Shown: positions 19,505-28,221 of the stretch, piece after piece
How the letters are laid out: each line of letters starts with the position of its first letter
Position numbering within the stretch: position 1 is the first letter of the stretch
Source of the DNA: Trichodesmium erythraeum IMS101
GTDB taxonomy: Bacteria; Cyanobacteriota; Cyanobacteriia; Cyanobacteriales; Microcoleaceae
Direction of reading: 5' to 3'
NCBI RefSeq assembly: GCF_000014265.1
Contig: NC_008312.1
Location: forward strand, 4,740,001 to 4,772,000
DNA length: 32,000 nt
Translations under genes and position numbers: made by a program
The notes under the pieces: generated by a model
Told to the model about the DNA's origin: nothing
Databases searched by the model: none
Seen by the model: only the letters and a program-made list of their open reading frames with translations

Positions 19505-19875
19505 CAGAATTAGTATTAAGTTGTTTACCGAAAACTTGGTTGATTGACATTGATGGAGTTATTCTTAAGCATAATGGCCATCAACAAAATGACGAAGTTT
19601 TGCTCCCTGGAGTTGAAGAATTTTGGCAACAGATTTCAAAACAAGATTTTGTAATTTTACTAACTGCTCGTACAGAAGATCTGCGTGATACTACCCTGTT
19701 CTTATTAGATCAACATAATCTTCGTTACAACATTGCAATTTTTGGTGTACCAACTGGAGAAAGAATTTGTATCAATGACAAAAAACCGTCAGGCCTTCTT
19801 ACTAGTTATGCTATAAATTTATTAAGAGATGGAGGATTAAATTCTCTTAGAATAATAAATAATCCTAATATGTAA
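19501..19875 (+). CDS. Small capless HAD-superfamily phosphatase-like protein (124 aa)
   Basis: The preferred start, ATG 19501, overlaps the upstream stop (ATGA). Motifs are WLIDIDGVILKH (DxDG motif I), ILLTART (motif II) and INDKKP (Lys motif). Confidence 0.6.
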   Translation: MTELVLSCLPKTWLIDIDGVILKHNGHQQNDEVLLPGVEEFWQQISKQDFVILLTARTEDLRDTTLFLLDQHNLRYNIAIFGVPTGERICINDKKPSGLLTSYAINLLRDGGLNSLRIINNPNM

Positions 19876-20033
19876 ATTTTCAAAGCATATAGTCTAAAGT
19901 TTTTAGTTACTAGGCTTTTAAATGTGTTACTCAATAGTAACAAAAGAACAGACAGAAGGTATTTCTATTTCTCACGACATGATGATAAAATAACTTATTG
20001 AGTCACCCATTCATACACAAAGAAAACAGTTTT

Positions 20034-20792
20034 ATGGAAAACCAAAATCAAACTGAACAAACATCAGAAGCAAATAGTCCAATTCCTTTAGAGAGAAGAA
20101 CCAAAGCACAAAGTGAAATTTATGATGCTTTTGAGAAATTTATTTTTAGTAACGAAACGAAAATATTAGCCAAGCTAATAGCTAGAACCTTAATTTTTGA
20201 ACAAATTATTAATGTACCTGGTGATATTGTGGAAGCTGGAGTTTACAGAGGAAGTGGGATGTTGACTTGGCTGAAACTTAAAAAAATTCTCGCACCTAAC
20301 GCATTAAAGAAAGTTATTGGTTTTGACTATTTTGACACAGAATCTTTGCTTAATTCATTATCTGGACAGGATCAAATTTCCATGAAGGATTTATTTGAGA
20401 CAAGGGGTTATAAACATGAAGAAGGAGCAGAACAATTTGTTCACGATTTAATTGCTAATGCAGCATTTGATAAGAATAGCTACGAGCTTGTTCAAGGTGA
20501 TATTTCAAAAGTTGCTCCAGATTTTGTAGCGAAAAGACCTGGCTTCAAGATATCTTGCCTATATCTGGATTTAGACTTACATTATCCAACCTACCATGCG
20601 TTGACGGCATTTTGGGATCGAGTATCTGTTGGAGGTATTGTTGTATTTGATGAGTATGCCTATCATCAATGGTCAGAAGCGCAAGGTGCAGATCAGTTTT
20701 TTGAAAAGAAGAATATTCAAATTAAAGCTCTACATTATCCTTGTCCCACAGCTTATGTTATTAAGTCATCTAGTACAAAAAACTACACATGA
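20034..20792 (+). CDS. TylF/MycF-type class I SAM-dependent O-methyltransferase
   Basis: The track ORF starts at TTG 19998; the first ATG is at 20034. Motifs are GDIVEAGVYRGSGMLTW (SAM-binding loop) and LDLDLHYPTYHALTAFWDRVSVGGIVVFDEY. Confidence 0.7.
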   Translation: MENQNQTEQTSEANSPIPLERRTKAQSEIYDAFEKFIFSNETKILAKLIARTLIFEQIINVPGDIVEAGVYRGSGMLTWLKLKKILAPNALKKVIGFDYFDTESLLNSLSGQDQISMKDLFETRGYKHEEGAEQFVHDLIANAAFDKNSYELVQGDISKVAPDFVAKRPGFKISCLYLDLDLHYPTYHALTAFWDRVSVGGIVVFDEYAYHQWSEAQGADQFFEKKNIQIKALHYPCPTAYVIKSSSTKNYT

Positions 20793-21421
20793 ATCAGAAC
20801 CAACAACTTGTAAATTATTTTAAGGAACTAACTGCCCAAAGCTATCAGTTACTAAATTCTTTAGGGTTATCTTCAACTCCTATTCCTCTAAAAATATTGC
20901 TGACAGATTTGTCAGCTAGGCTTGTTGAGTTGAAGGAAAGTATGATTATTAACTACCAAAAATTAAATCGCCCTCAATATAATTGGTGTAAAACAGATAC
21001 CAACTTAGGGGTTGGGCTCAATTCTATTGGTATGTTATCAGATCGACTTTCCATCTTAATCATTAAGGAATGGTGTTTACTCAATAAAACTAATTCAAAT
21101 CTGAAGAAGGCTAATGATTTGTATCAAACTCAGACAATGGACATTATTTATGCTTTGGCAAGTGCCAAGCCTGGTAGTTCATCAATGAATACAAAAATAA
21201 CAAGCCGTAAATCTAGGGTAATTGCAACTTCATGGGAAGAGGCTTTTTACGGTTTGTTTTCAACCAATATTGTGAATTGGGAATCTCAAGAAATTTTATA
21301 TATTAAGGACATTCAAAGTTTGCCCTGTGAAGAACTAAGAAATTACATTGACTGGTTTTCATTTGGGAACATTCAAAGAAATGAATATATTCAATACTGT
21401 GAAGAACTTTATTGGTATTAA
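20789..21421 (+). CDS. Hypothetical protein, 210 aa (possibly DUF4254-like)
   Basis: The start overlaps the methyltransferase stop (ATGA), implying co-translation. LSDRLSILIIKEW reminds me of DUF4254 proteins found in LPS/glycan loci, but this is unverified. Confidence 0.5.
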   Translation: MNQNQQLVNYFKELTAQSYQLLNSLGLSSTPIPLKILLTDLSARLVELKESMIINYQKLNRPQYNWCKTDTNLGVGLNSIGMLSDRLSILIIKEWCLLNKTNSNLKKANDLYQTQTMDIIYALASAKPGSSSMNTKITSRKSRVIATSWEEAFYGLFSTNIVNWESQEILYIKDIQSLPCEELRNYIDWFSFGNIQRNEYIQYCEELYWY

Positions 21422-21457
21422 GTTTTATTTAAATAGAGTAATTTAGAAGTAATTTAG

Positions 21458-22408
21458 ATGAGTAAAATACCTCAAACTCAGGAAAATAAACATTTAGAGT
21501 CAAATGTATATAATAACTTTAATGTTTATCCCCTCGCTGGACGTATCGGAGCAGAAATAGTTGGACTTGATCTTAAGCAGACTCTTAGCGATGAAACAAT
21601 TCATGATATTCGCCAAGTATTAATCAAGTATAAGGTAATTTTCTTTAGACAGCAAGAGCTTACTGAAATAAGTCAGGTTGCCTTTGCCCGTCAATTTGGG
21701 ATTCTTACCACTGCACATCCACTACTTTCATCTTTACCTGGTCATCCAGAGATCTTTGACTTCGATTATGGACGTATGGACAACCGAACTAATCAATGGC
21801 ATACGGATGTGACATTTATTGATCGTCCTCCTTTTGCCTCAATTTTGCGTGCAGTTGAAATACCTGCCGTTGGAGGAGATACAATCTGGGCAAATACTGT
21901 GACAGCTTATCAAGATATGCCTATACCACTGCGTAACTTTGCTAACCAGCTTTGGGCGGTTCATAGCAATACATATAATGACTATCTAGGGGCAACTGCA
22001 AATATATCGAAAAAACGACAAGAACTAGGTAAAATTTTCACTTCAATTGAATACCAGACATTACATCCAGTAGTTCAGGTTGTTCCTGATTCGGGTGAAA
22101 GAGGGCTGTTTATTGGTGCTTTTGTCCGCCAACTTCAAGGTTTTTCGATAAATGAATCAATGCAGATACTGAAGATATTGCAATCCTATATAATACGTCC
22201 GGAAAATACTGTACGTTGGCATTGGGAACAAGGCGATATTGCTTTCTGGGATAATCGAGTAACGCAACATTATGGGATCAATGATTTTGGTTCCCAGCCT
22301 CGTCGTGTTCAACGGGTAACAATTGCGGGAAACTTACCTATTAGCCTTGAAGGTATAGAAAGCAAGTCAGTTAAGGGGGATGCCTCTGCCTATAACAGAC
22401 TGAAATAG
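21458..22408 (+). CDS. TauD/TfdA-family Fe(II)/2-oxoglutarate dioxygenase
   Basis: Motifs are NQWHTDVTFIDRPPFASILRAVEIPAVGGDTIWAN (HxD plus the typical TauD context) and FWDNRVTQHYGINDF (distal His). Confidence 0.85.
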   Translation: MSKIPQTQENKHLESNVYNNFNVYPLAGRIGAEIVGLDLKQTLSDETIHDIRQVLIKYKVIFFRQQELTEISQVAFARQFGILTTAHPLLSSLPGHPEIFDFDYGRMDNRTNQWHTDVTFIDRPPFASILRAVEIPAVGGDTIWANTVTAYQDMPIPLRNFANQLWAVHSNTYNDYLGATANISKKRQELGKIFTSIEYQTLHPVVQVVPDSGERGLFIGAFVRQLQGFSINESMQILKILQSYIIRPENTVRWHWEQGDIAFWDNRVTQHYGINDFGSQPRRVQRVTIAGNLPISLEGIESKSVKGDASAYNRLK

Positions 22409-22943
22409 GTATGAATTGCGAGCACCCCATATTGCCAGAAATACAAGTTAACAACTGTTTGAAGTATTTAAGTTACTTCTACTCAGAGAATATAGTCATT
22501 TCACGTTAGATTGAGACAAGTGTTTCTTGCTATGAAAAGATTTCAGGTGAAAAAGTGTTTCGTTCTTAAATTAAATGACTATATATAATAATCGCCAGAT
22601 CTATTAGGACAAAAAATGCCATAATATTTATCTAAATAATTAACAAGGCTATCGCGCAACGTCAAAATAGTATGTTCCCTACCCTAAAAGAAAAACTATA
22701 CTATTTTGGCACTGTATGAGGCAATTATTATCAGGAAGATTTCAGGGCAAACCCATCTAAATCATGGTAATTTCTACCGTTCAGGCTTGTAGAAGTAATG
22801 AGTATAAATGCTCAAAAGCCTGGTTCCTTACCCTGTCAAAACTTTAAAACCCACATTCCGCACTTCATTATGTAGCACAAAAGGATACATGAATTATCAT
22901 CAGAATTTGAGCTAACAAATTAAACAAATTAATTCTATAGAAC

Positions 22944-23993
22944 GGCTTTGTTGCATGAATGTTGCGATCGCAGATGACTCCCTGGAGAGATGCAGGTGTA
23001 CTTGATAACTTTCGGGTTTACCATTCTGTATCATGGGGTTCAGGATAGCGCATTGAATGAATAACTCCACTGCTTGATATCAAATGATCGTCTTCGTAAC
23101 TTCCCACTAAATAAAACTTTGAACCTAAACATAGTGGTTTCAGATAGAGAGCGTCTATGGTATCCACTTTCATGCTTCCATTTTTGCCGTCCTATTTGAC
23201 GAACTCCTCTGAGGTTCTCATCTCTGGGGGCGGGTAGGGCTTTACAGTTGCCATGCTGCCTAATCACAGCATTTTTACGCCTCTTTGGTGAGCTGTTTCA
23301 TAGCACTTGTATTTGTCATCAGCCCCATCACCTGAAACTTGGGCTATTTCACCTTCTACTCCATCTAATAGGTTAGAAAATACTTGGTCGTCACTCACAT
23401 CATTTGTGACAACTGCTGTGACAATCTCTCCGGTGGCCTCATTCACACTCTAGTAATTTACGTCATGTCCTACGTTTACCTACACCATGAATCCTGGTTT
23501 TCCATTCCCCTTCACCGTAGACTTTGACCCCTGTAGAATCAACTACCAAATGCATCCCTTCTGTCCTTGGTCTCACTGGTCTCCCGATACTTAGTTTTCT
23601 GACCCTACGGCATACAGTGCTATGGTCTGGTACAGGTAAATCTAATCTCTAAAAATCAAATATAGATTCTACAAATCCTTCTGTCTGTCGCCGCGCCCTG
23701 CAAACAAACTACTGAGAGTGACCATTAGTTCAATAGCTACATCGCTATAGGTATTCGGTGCTCCCTGACGCCCAGTTTGATGTTGGTTTACCCACTGTTC
23801 TATCACTTCATAACTTAGCCAAAATGTCAGCCTCCCTCTCTGCTTTAAGGAGGCATCATCCATACGACCAGTTGCTAACCCGGTACTTGGACTTGGACTT
23901 AGACTTGGACTTACTCATAAGGAGAGTTAATGCAGGATTTTGTGCTACCCACTGTTATTTTTACCATCTTTCCTTGCTTTGTGCAACAAAGTA
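22944..23993 (-). mobile_element. IS903-group (IS5 family) element, copy B, decayed
   Basis: One end is GGCTTTGTTGCATGAA at 22944 and the other is TGCAACAAAG at 23991. The minus ORFs are 23669-23863 (SLKQRGRLTFWLSYEVIEQWV), 23264-23446 and 23040-23267 (RRSLSETTMFRFK). There are many frame breaks, and I found no target duplication. Confidence 0.8.
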
Positions 23994-24099
23994 TTTGTCT
24001 ATTTTTAAATCTCTAAATTTATCGAACTTTCAAACGTTATTTAAAGTAAAATTTTTGGCACAAGTATTTATAAATTAATTAATAACAGTAAAATTACCC

Positions 24100-24128
24100 T
24101 TGCTTATCTAACTTTTGATAGGTAAGAT
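24100..24128 (+). promoter_or_regulatory. Candidate sigma70-type promoter for the HTH gene
   Basis: TTGCTT (24100-24105), a 17-nt spacer, then TAAGAT (24123-24128), about 26 nt upstream of ATG 24155. This is a pattern match only. Confidence 0.25.
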
Positions 24129-24154
24129 AATACTACTCTTTTGTAATAATTTCC

Positions 24155-24337
24155 ATGACACACAATACCTCAGTAAATACTCCACATCTAGTCAAAACCC
24201 TGAGACAGCGTTTAGGACTATCTCAGACAAAATTTGCTAAACACTTAGGTATATCATTCCAGACGGCAAATAATAGGGAAAATGGACATAGTCGCTCATC
24301 TCCAATAGTGATAAAATCAATCTACTCACTAAATTAA
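24155..24337 (+). CDS. XRE/Cro-type helix-turn-helix protein, probably frameshifted at its 3' end
   Basis: LRQRLGLSQTKFAKHLGISFQTANNRENG is a classic XRE HTH. The expected C-terminal part (KVLGKDKTDLLKRF) is readable in another frame at about 24326-24380. Confidence 0.6.
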   Translation: MTHNTSVNTPHLVKTLRQRLGLSQTKFAKHLGISFQTANNRENGHSRSSPIVIKSIYSLN

Positions 24338-24453
24338 GGTATTAGGAAAAGATAAAACAGATTTATTAAAGAGGTTTTTGTCTAGAAAAAAATCTGACAT
24401 TTTGTTCTGTAAAAAATCAAATTAACTACTTATAAATTAAAATATTTGTAATC

Positions 24454-27400
24454 ATGCTATCCTCAATATTTCAAGCTTGCATTCCTAAAGCCGAAATTCA
24501 ATCAGGTAATTTATCAGCAGAAATATTTGCAGCTAAACTAATATCAGTTGTAGAAGGAAAAGCTCCTTATGTTTATCAAAATGCTGATGCTTTTTTTGCC
24601 AATACTTATCCCACTGACGGGCTAAAAAGTCTGATTAAAGAAGTATTTTCTCGTCTCAATAAGTCAGCAGCAGGGGCACCTGTGATTAGATTAGAAACAA
24701 GTTTTGGTGGTGGTAAAACTCACGATGAAATAGCTATTTGGCATATTTGTCAAGCAGGTAGAAAAATACAAGGTTTAGAACGTTTTACTGATTTAAATTT
24801 AATTCCTAATTCTCCTATTCAAGTAGCAGCAGTAGATGGTCGTGACTTAGACCCAGAGAATGGTGTTTTTCATCAAGATACAGGAATTACAACTTATACT
24901 TTATGGGGAGAAATTGCCTATCAAATAGGAGGAATTGCCGGTTATGAACTTTTGTCTGGTAGTGATAAAAAAGGGGGTAGTCCGGGTACTTCTGTTCTTG
25001 AAAATTTGATTAATGGCAACCCCACAGTAATTATATTAGATGAAATTGCCCATTGTTTACGAACTGCTAAAGCAAAGATTGTTGGTGATACTAATTTAGC
25101 AGAACAAGTGGTGGCTTTTGTATTTACTTTAATGAACTTAGCAGGTGCTAGTGATAATATTGTATTTGTTTACTCTTTAGCTTCTACATCCGACACTTTT
25201 TCTCAGGAAACTACAGAATTCAAAGAAGAAATATCCAAAGAATTAAAAGAAGTAAGATCTGCTTCGGCACGACAAGAATTAATTATTAGTCCTTCTACAG
25301 ATGTGGAAGTTTATAATATTGTCAAACAACGATTATTTGATAGTGTAAGTGCTGAAGTTGCTGAAAAAATCTCCAAACAATATCTTGAATCATATCGCGC
25401 TTGTAAACTCAATTTACCAGATGGATGTAAAGATGCTGACTATGCAAGTGCAATTACTCAAAGTTACCCATTCCATCCAGAGTTATTTAACCTATTGACG
25501 AAAAAAATTGCCTCTATCCCAGAGTTTCAAAAAACTAGAGGTGCGTTACGTTTATTTGCTCAGGTTGTCAAATATCTATGGCAAAACCCCCCAGAACATA
25601 CTCTCATGATACATACTCACCACATACCAGTGGGAATGGATGACAAGGTAACTAATGACTTGACCTCCAAACTACAACGTTCTCAGATGATGCCTCCTAT
25701 TAGGGCAGATATTTACAATACCGATGGCAGAAAAGCTTATGCTCAGGTTCAAGATGAAAACTGGATAGCAGCAGGTAAACCAACTTTTACAACTTGGACT
25801 GCTAGAACAATTTTTCTTCATTCTTTGACTCGAGGTACTTCTTCTGGTATAAATAAATCGGAATTAAATTTATCTCTCTTAACACCAGGAATTGAAATTG
25901 GATTTGTGGAACGTGCTTTGGAAAAGTTAACTTCAGTTGCTTGGTATTTAGACTATGACCCTATAACATCTAGAAGTAGATTTAAAGAAGAGCCTTCAAT
26001 TAATAAAATTGTGACTGAGGAAAAAGATATGGTAGGGATAATTGAAGCTAAAGACTATTTACGAGAGCGACGGGATAGTATTTTTGCTAAAAATATATTT
26101 AACAATTTAATTTTAGCTCCAGCTAGTCCTTCTGATATTGATGATAAACCGGATGAAATTGCTCTATGTTTAATTGATTTTGATGAAGCAACGGTAAAAT
26201 CTACTACAGATAATCCGCCGGAAATTGTGGATAAAATGTTTAATAATACGGGTGAATCAGGAAAATTCAGAGTTTATCGTAACCGTTTATTATTCTTACT
26301 TGCTAATGAAATTGAATTACAAAAAACTGTCGATAATGCTAGGGAATATAAGGCTATTCAAAACATTTTAAAAAGTCAAAATCGTCTGCAAGACTTATCA
26401 GAAACTCAGAAGAAACAACTGAAGGAAAGAAGCGGAGCAAAAGACTTAGATGTGAGAGTTTCTTTAACTAATACTTACCGTCATTTATTCTATCCGAGTA
26501 ATGACCCGAAAAAAGCTCCTAATGGTTTAATGCACTATACTTTACCTACTCAAGATTCTAGTACAATTAAAGGTAAAAGTAATCAACAAGATATAATTGT
26601 TAAGGCTCTCAAAGACTGTCAAAAATTTCGTTCGGAAGAGGAAGCTAAACCTTATGCACCTGCTTTTATTTTACAGAAAGTTTGGTCTAGTGGGTTAGAC
26701 TCAATATCTACAAAAGGTATTAAGGACACATTTGCTAAAGACTTAAGCTTAAAATTTCTGATGGGTGGAGAAATTTCATTGTTACGAGATACTATTCTCA
26801 AGGGGGTACAAGAGGGGCAGTGGGATATGAAAGTAGGGGAGCAGTTGTTTATCAAAACAGAGCTTGGTTTACCCAGTTTAACTAATATCAAAATCGAATT
26901 TTCTGACAATATTGTATTGTACCGTCGGGGAATATTGGAACCTCCTGCACCAAAAATAATTGAACTTAATGCTCAGGTGATGCAGAGTCGGGAAGCTGCT
27001 AAACCTGTAGGAGTCAGATGGAAAGCTAAGGGTGCTTTGACTGTTACTCTCTACCAAGATAATGATGTCATTCCTGGTAATTTTAAGCCAAGTGATGAGT
27101 ATAAAACTACTATTACTGAGAATACTGTTTTCAAGGTTATAGCTGACTATGGTAATGATGAAACTGAGTCAAAAGAATATGCTGTTACTCTTGCTCCGGC
27201 GAGAAGTGTTAAGTCTCCCACGGGTACTTATCGAGTTCCTGGTAAGAGTGATAGTGAGGGTACTCAAGGAAATGTCTTTGACTTTCAACCCCCCAATATT
27301 AACCTAGAGGGAACGGTTAATGCTGTGTTCACTAAATTTGTTGATGAATGTAGCGATCGCAAAGTCGCAACTATTGAGTCTTTAGAATTAACGGTAGATA

Positions 27401-27726
27401 AAACAGTAGACTATCGTAAAATAGGTACAGCTTTACCATTACTTAGCAGGTTTAACATTTCCATAGACCAAACAGTAACTATTCAAGCACCAGACCAGTT
27501 TGTGCGGCTTGAATATCAAGGGAAAATACGGGGGTTTCAAAGTTTTTTCACTACTATTAGTGGTTTACTGAATGTACCAAACGCTCAAGCAGATGTTAGT
27601 ATCAAAATTACTATTGAGTTTACTACACCTATTACACCAGGAGGTCACGAACTCAATGCTATCAAACAAGCCTTAACCCGTAACCCGGTTGAGCACATTA
27701 GCTTAAATGCAAAGGTGACATATTAA
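24454..27726 (+). CDS. DUF499-type P-loop ATPase (1090 aa), defence-system component
   Basis: ETSFGGGKTH (GGGKT encoded at 24706-24720) and VIILDEIAH (Walker B), in a >1000-aa protein, are the pattern I associate with DUF499/COG1483 ATPases. The C-terminal ~270 aa look beta-rich. Confidence 0.75.
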   Translation: MLSSIFQACIPKAEIQSGNLSAEIFAAKLISVVEGKAPYVYQNADAFFANTYPTDGLKSLIKEVFSRLNKSAAGAPVIRLETSFGGGKTHDEIAIWHICQAGRKIQGLERFTDLNLIPNSPIQVAAVDGRDLDPENGVFHQDTGITTYTLWGEIAYQIGGIAGYELLSGSDKKGGSPGTSVLENLINGNPTVIILDEIAHCLRTAKAKIVGDTNLAEQVVAFVFTLMNLAGASDNIVFVYSLASTSDTFSQETTEFKEEISKELKEVRSASARQELIISPSTDVEVYNIVKQRLFDSVSAEVAEKISKQYLESYRACKLNLPDGCKDADYASAITQSYPFHPELFNLLTKKIASIPEFQKTRGALRLFAQVVKYLWQNPPEHTLMIHTHHIPVGMDDKVTNDLTSKLQRSQMMPPIRADIYNTDGRKAYAQVQDENWIAAGKPTFTTWTARTIFLHSLTRGTSSGINKSELNLSLLTPGIEIGFVERALEKLTSVAWYLDYDPITSRSRFKEEPSINKIVTEEKDMVGIIEAKDYLRERRDSIFAKNIFNNLILAPASPSDIDDKPDEIALCLIDFDEATVKSTTDNPPEIVDKMFNNTGESGKFRVYRNRLLFLLANEIELQKTVDNAREYKAIQNILKSQNRLQDLSETQKKQLKERSGAKDLDVRVSLTNTYRHLFYPSNDPKKAPNGLMHYTLPTQDSSTIKGKSNQQDIIVKALKDCQKFRSEEEAKPYAPAFILQKVWSSGLDSISTKGIKDTFAKDLSLKFLMGGEISLLRDTILKGVQEGQWDMKVGEQLFIKTELGLPSLTNIKIEFSDNIVLYRRGILEPPAPKIIELNAQVMQSREAAKPVGVRWKAKGALTVTLYQDNDVIPGNFKPSDEYKTTITENTVFKVIADYGNDETESKEYAVTLAPARSVKSPTGTYRVPGKSDSEGTQGNVFDFQPPNINLEGTVNAVFTKFVDECSDRKVATIESLELTVDKTVDYRKIGTALPLLSRFNISIDQTVTIQAPDQFVRLEYQGKIRGFQSFFTTISGLLNVPNAQADVSIKITIEFTTPITPGGHELNAIKQALTRNPVEHISLNAKVTY

Positions 27727-28157
27727 TGCAAGAGTTTCAGTTAAGAGTTGTGCCATTAGATAATAATAATTTGGCATTGGAATTATATCAATGTTCTTAT
27801 AAAAAAGCAGGGGAGAAAAAACGACCTTCTGCTAAGAGAATTGCGAAGATAAAAGGTAATGCTTTAATATTAGCAAGACAGGCAATTTATCAAACTCTTA
27901 AAGTTAATAAATATGACCCAAAAACTCTTTCTTATAAACGGCAATCTCCTTATATTTTGTCTGAAGAGTCTGGAGTAAGTTTAGCAATTTTATTTCAGGC
28001 GTTACAACCTTTATCAAAACTAGAAAGAATGTCTAATATTACTGAGGGAGTAATGGAAATGAGTGATGAAGAAGCTCATTATTGGTTTGGTAAAATTAAT
28101 AATGGTAAACGCAGTCCAGCTTTGAAAGCGATGAGAGTTTTATTAGGAGACCTGTAA
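27726..28157 (+). CDS. Small conserved-context protein, 143 aa, unknown function
   Basis: The ATG shares its A with the upstream TAA (TAATG), so the two genes are coupled. The ORF is clean, with a basic N-terminal half and a C-terminal MSDEEAHYWFGKI...ALKAMRVLL. Confidence 0.6.
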   Translation: MQEFQLRVVPLDNNNLALELYQCSYKKAGEKKRPSAKRIAKIKGNALILARQAIYQTLKVNKYDPKTLSYKRQSPYILSEESGVSLAILFQALQPLSKLERMSNITEGVMEMSDEEAHYWFGKINNGKRSPALKAMRVLLGDL

Positions 28158-28221
28158 ATAAATATATATATCGCGGCCATATTTTCACTAATATCTATCC
28201 ATTATTTATAGGAAAAAATAA

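Noticed and set aside
20629-20823. Plus-strand ORF overlapping the methyltransferase 3' end in another frame
   Set aside because: The region is fully explained by the methyltransferase and the ATGA-coupled downstream gene.
23886-23915. AAGTCC/AAGTCT hexamer repeats (also 3001-3024), considered as a CRISPR-like or contingency repeat
   Set aside because: They encode the (Ser-Lys)n N-terminus of the IS903-like transposase in both copies. There are no spacers and no array architecture.
26652-26909. Minus-strand ORF inside the DUF499 ATPase gene
   Set aside because: It is an antisense shadow ORF.
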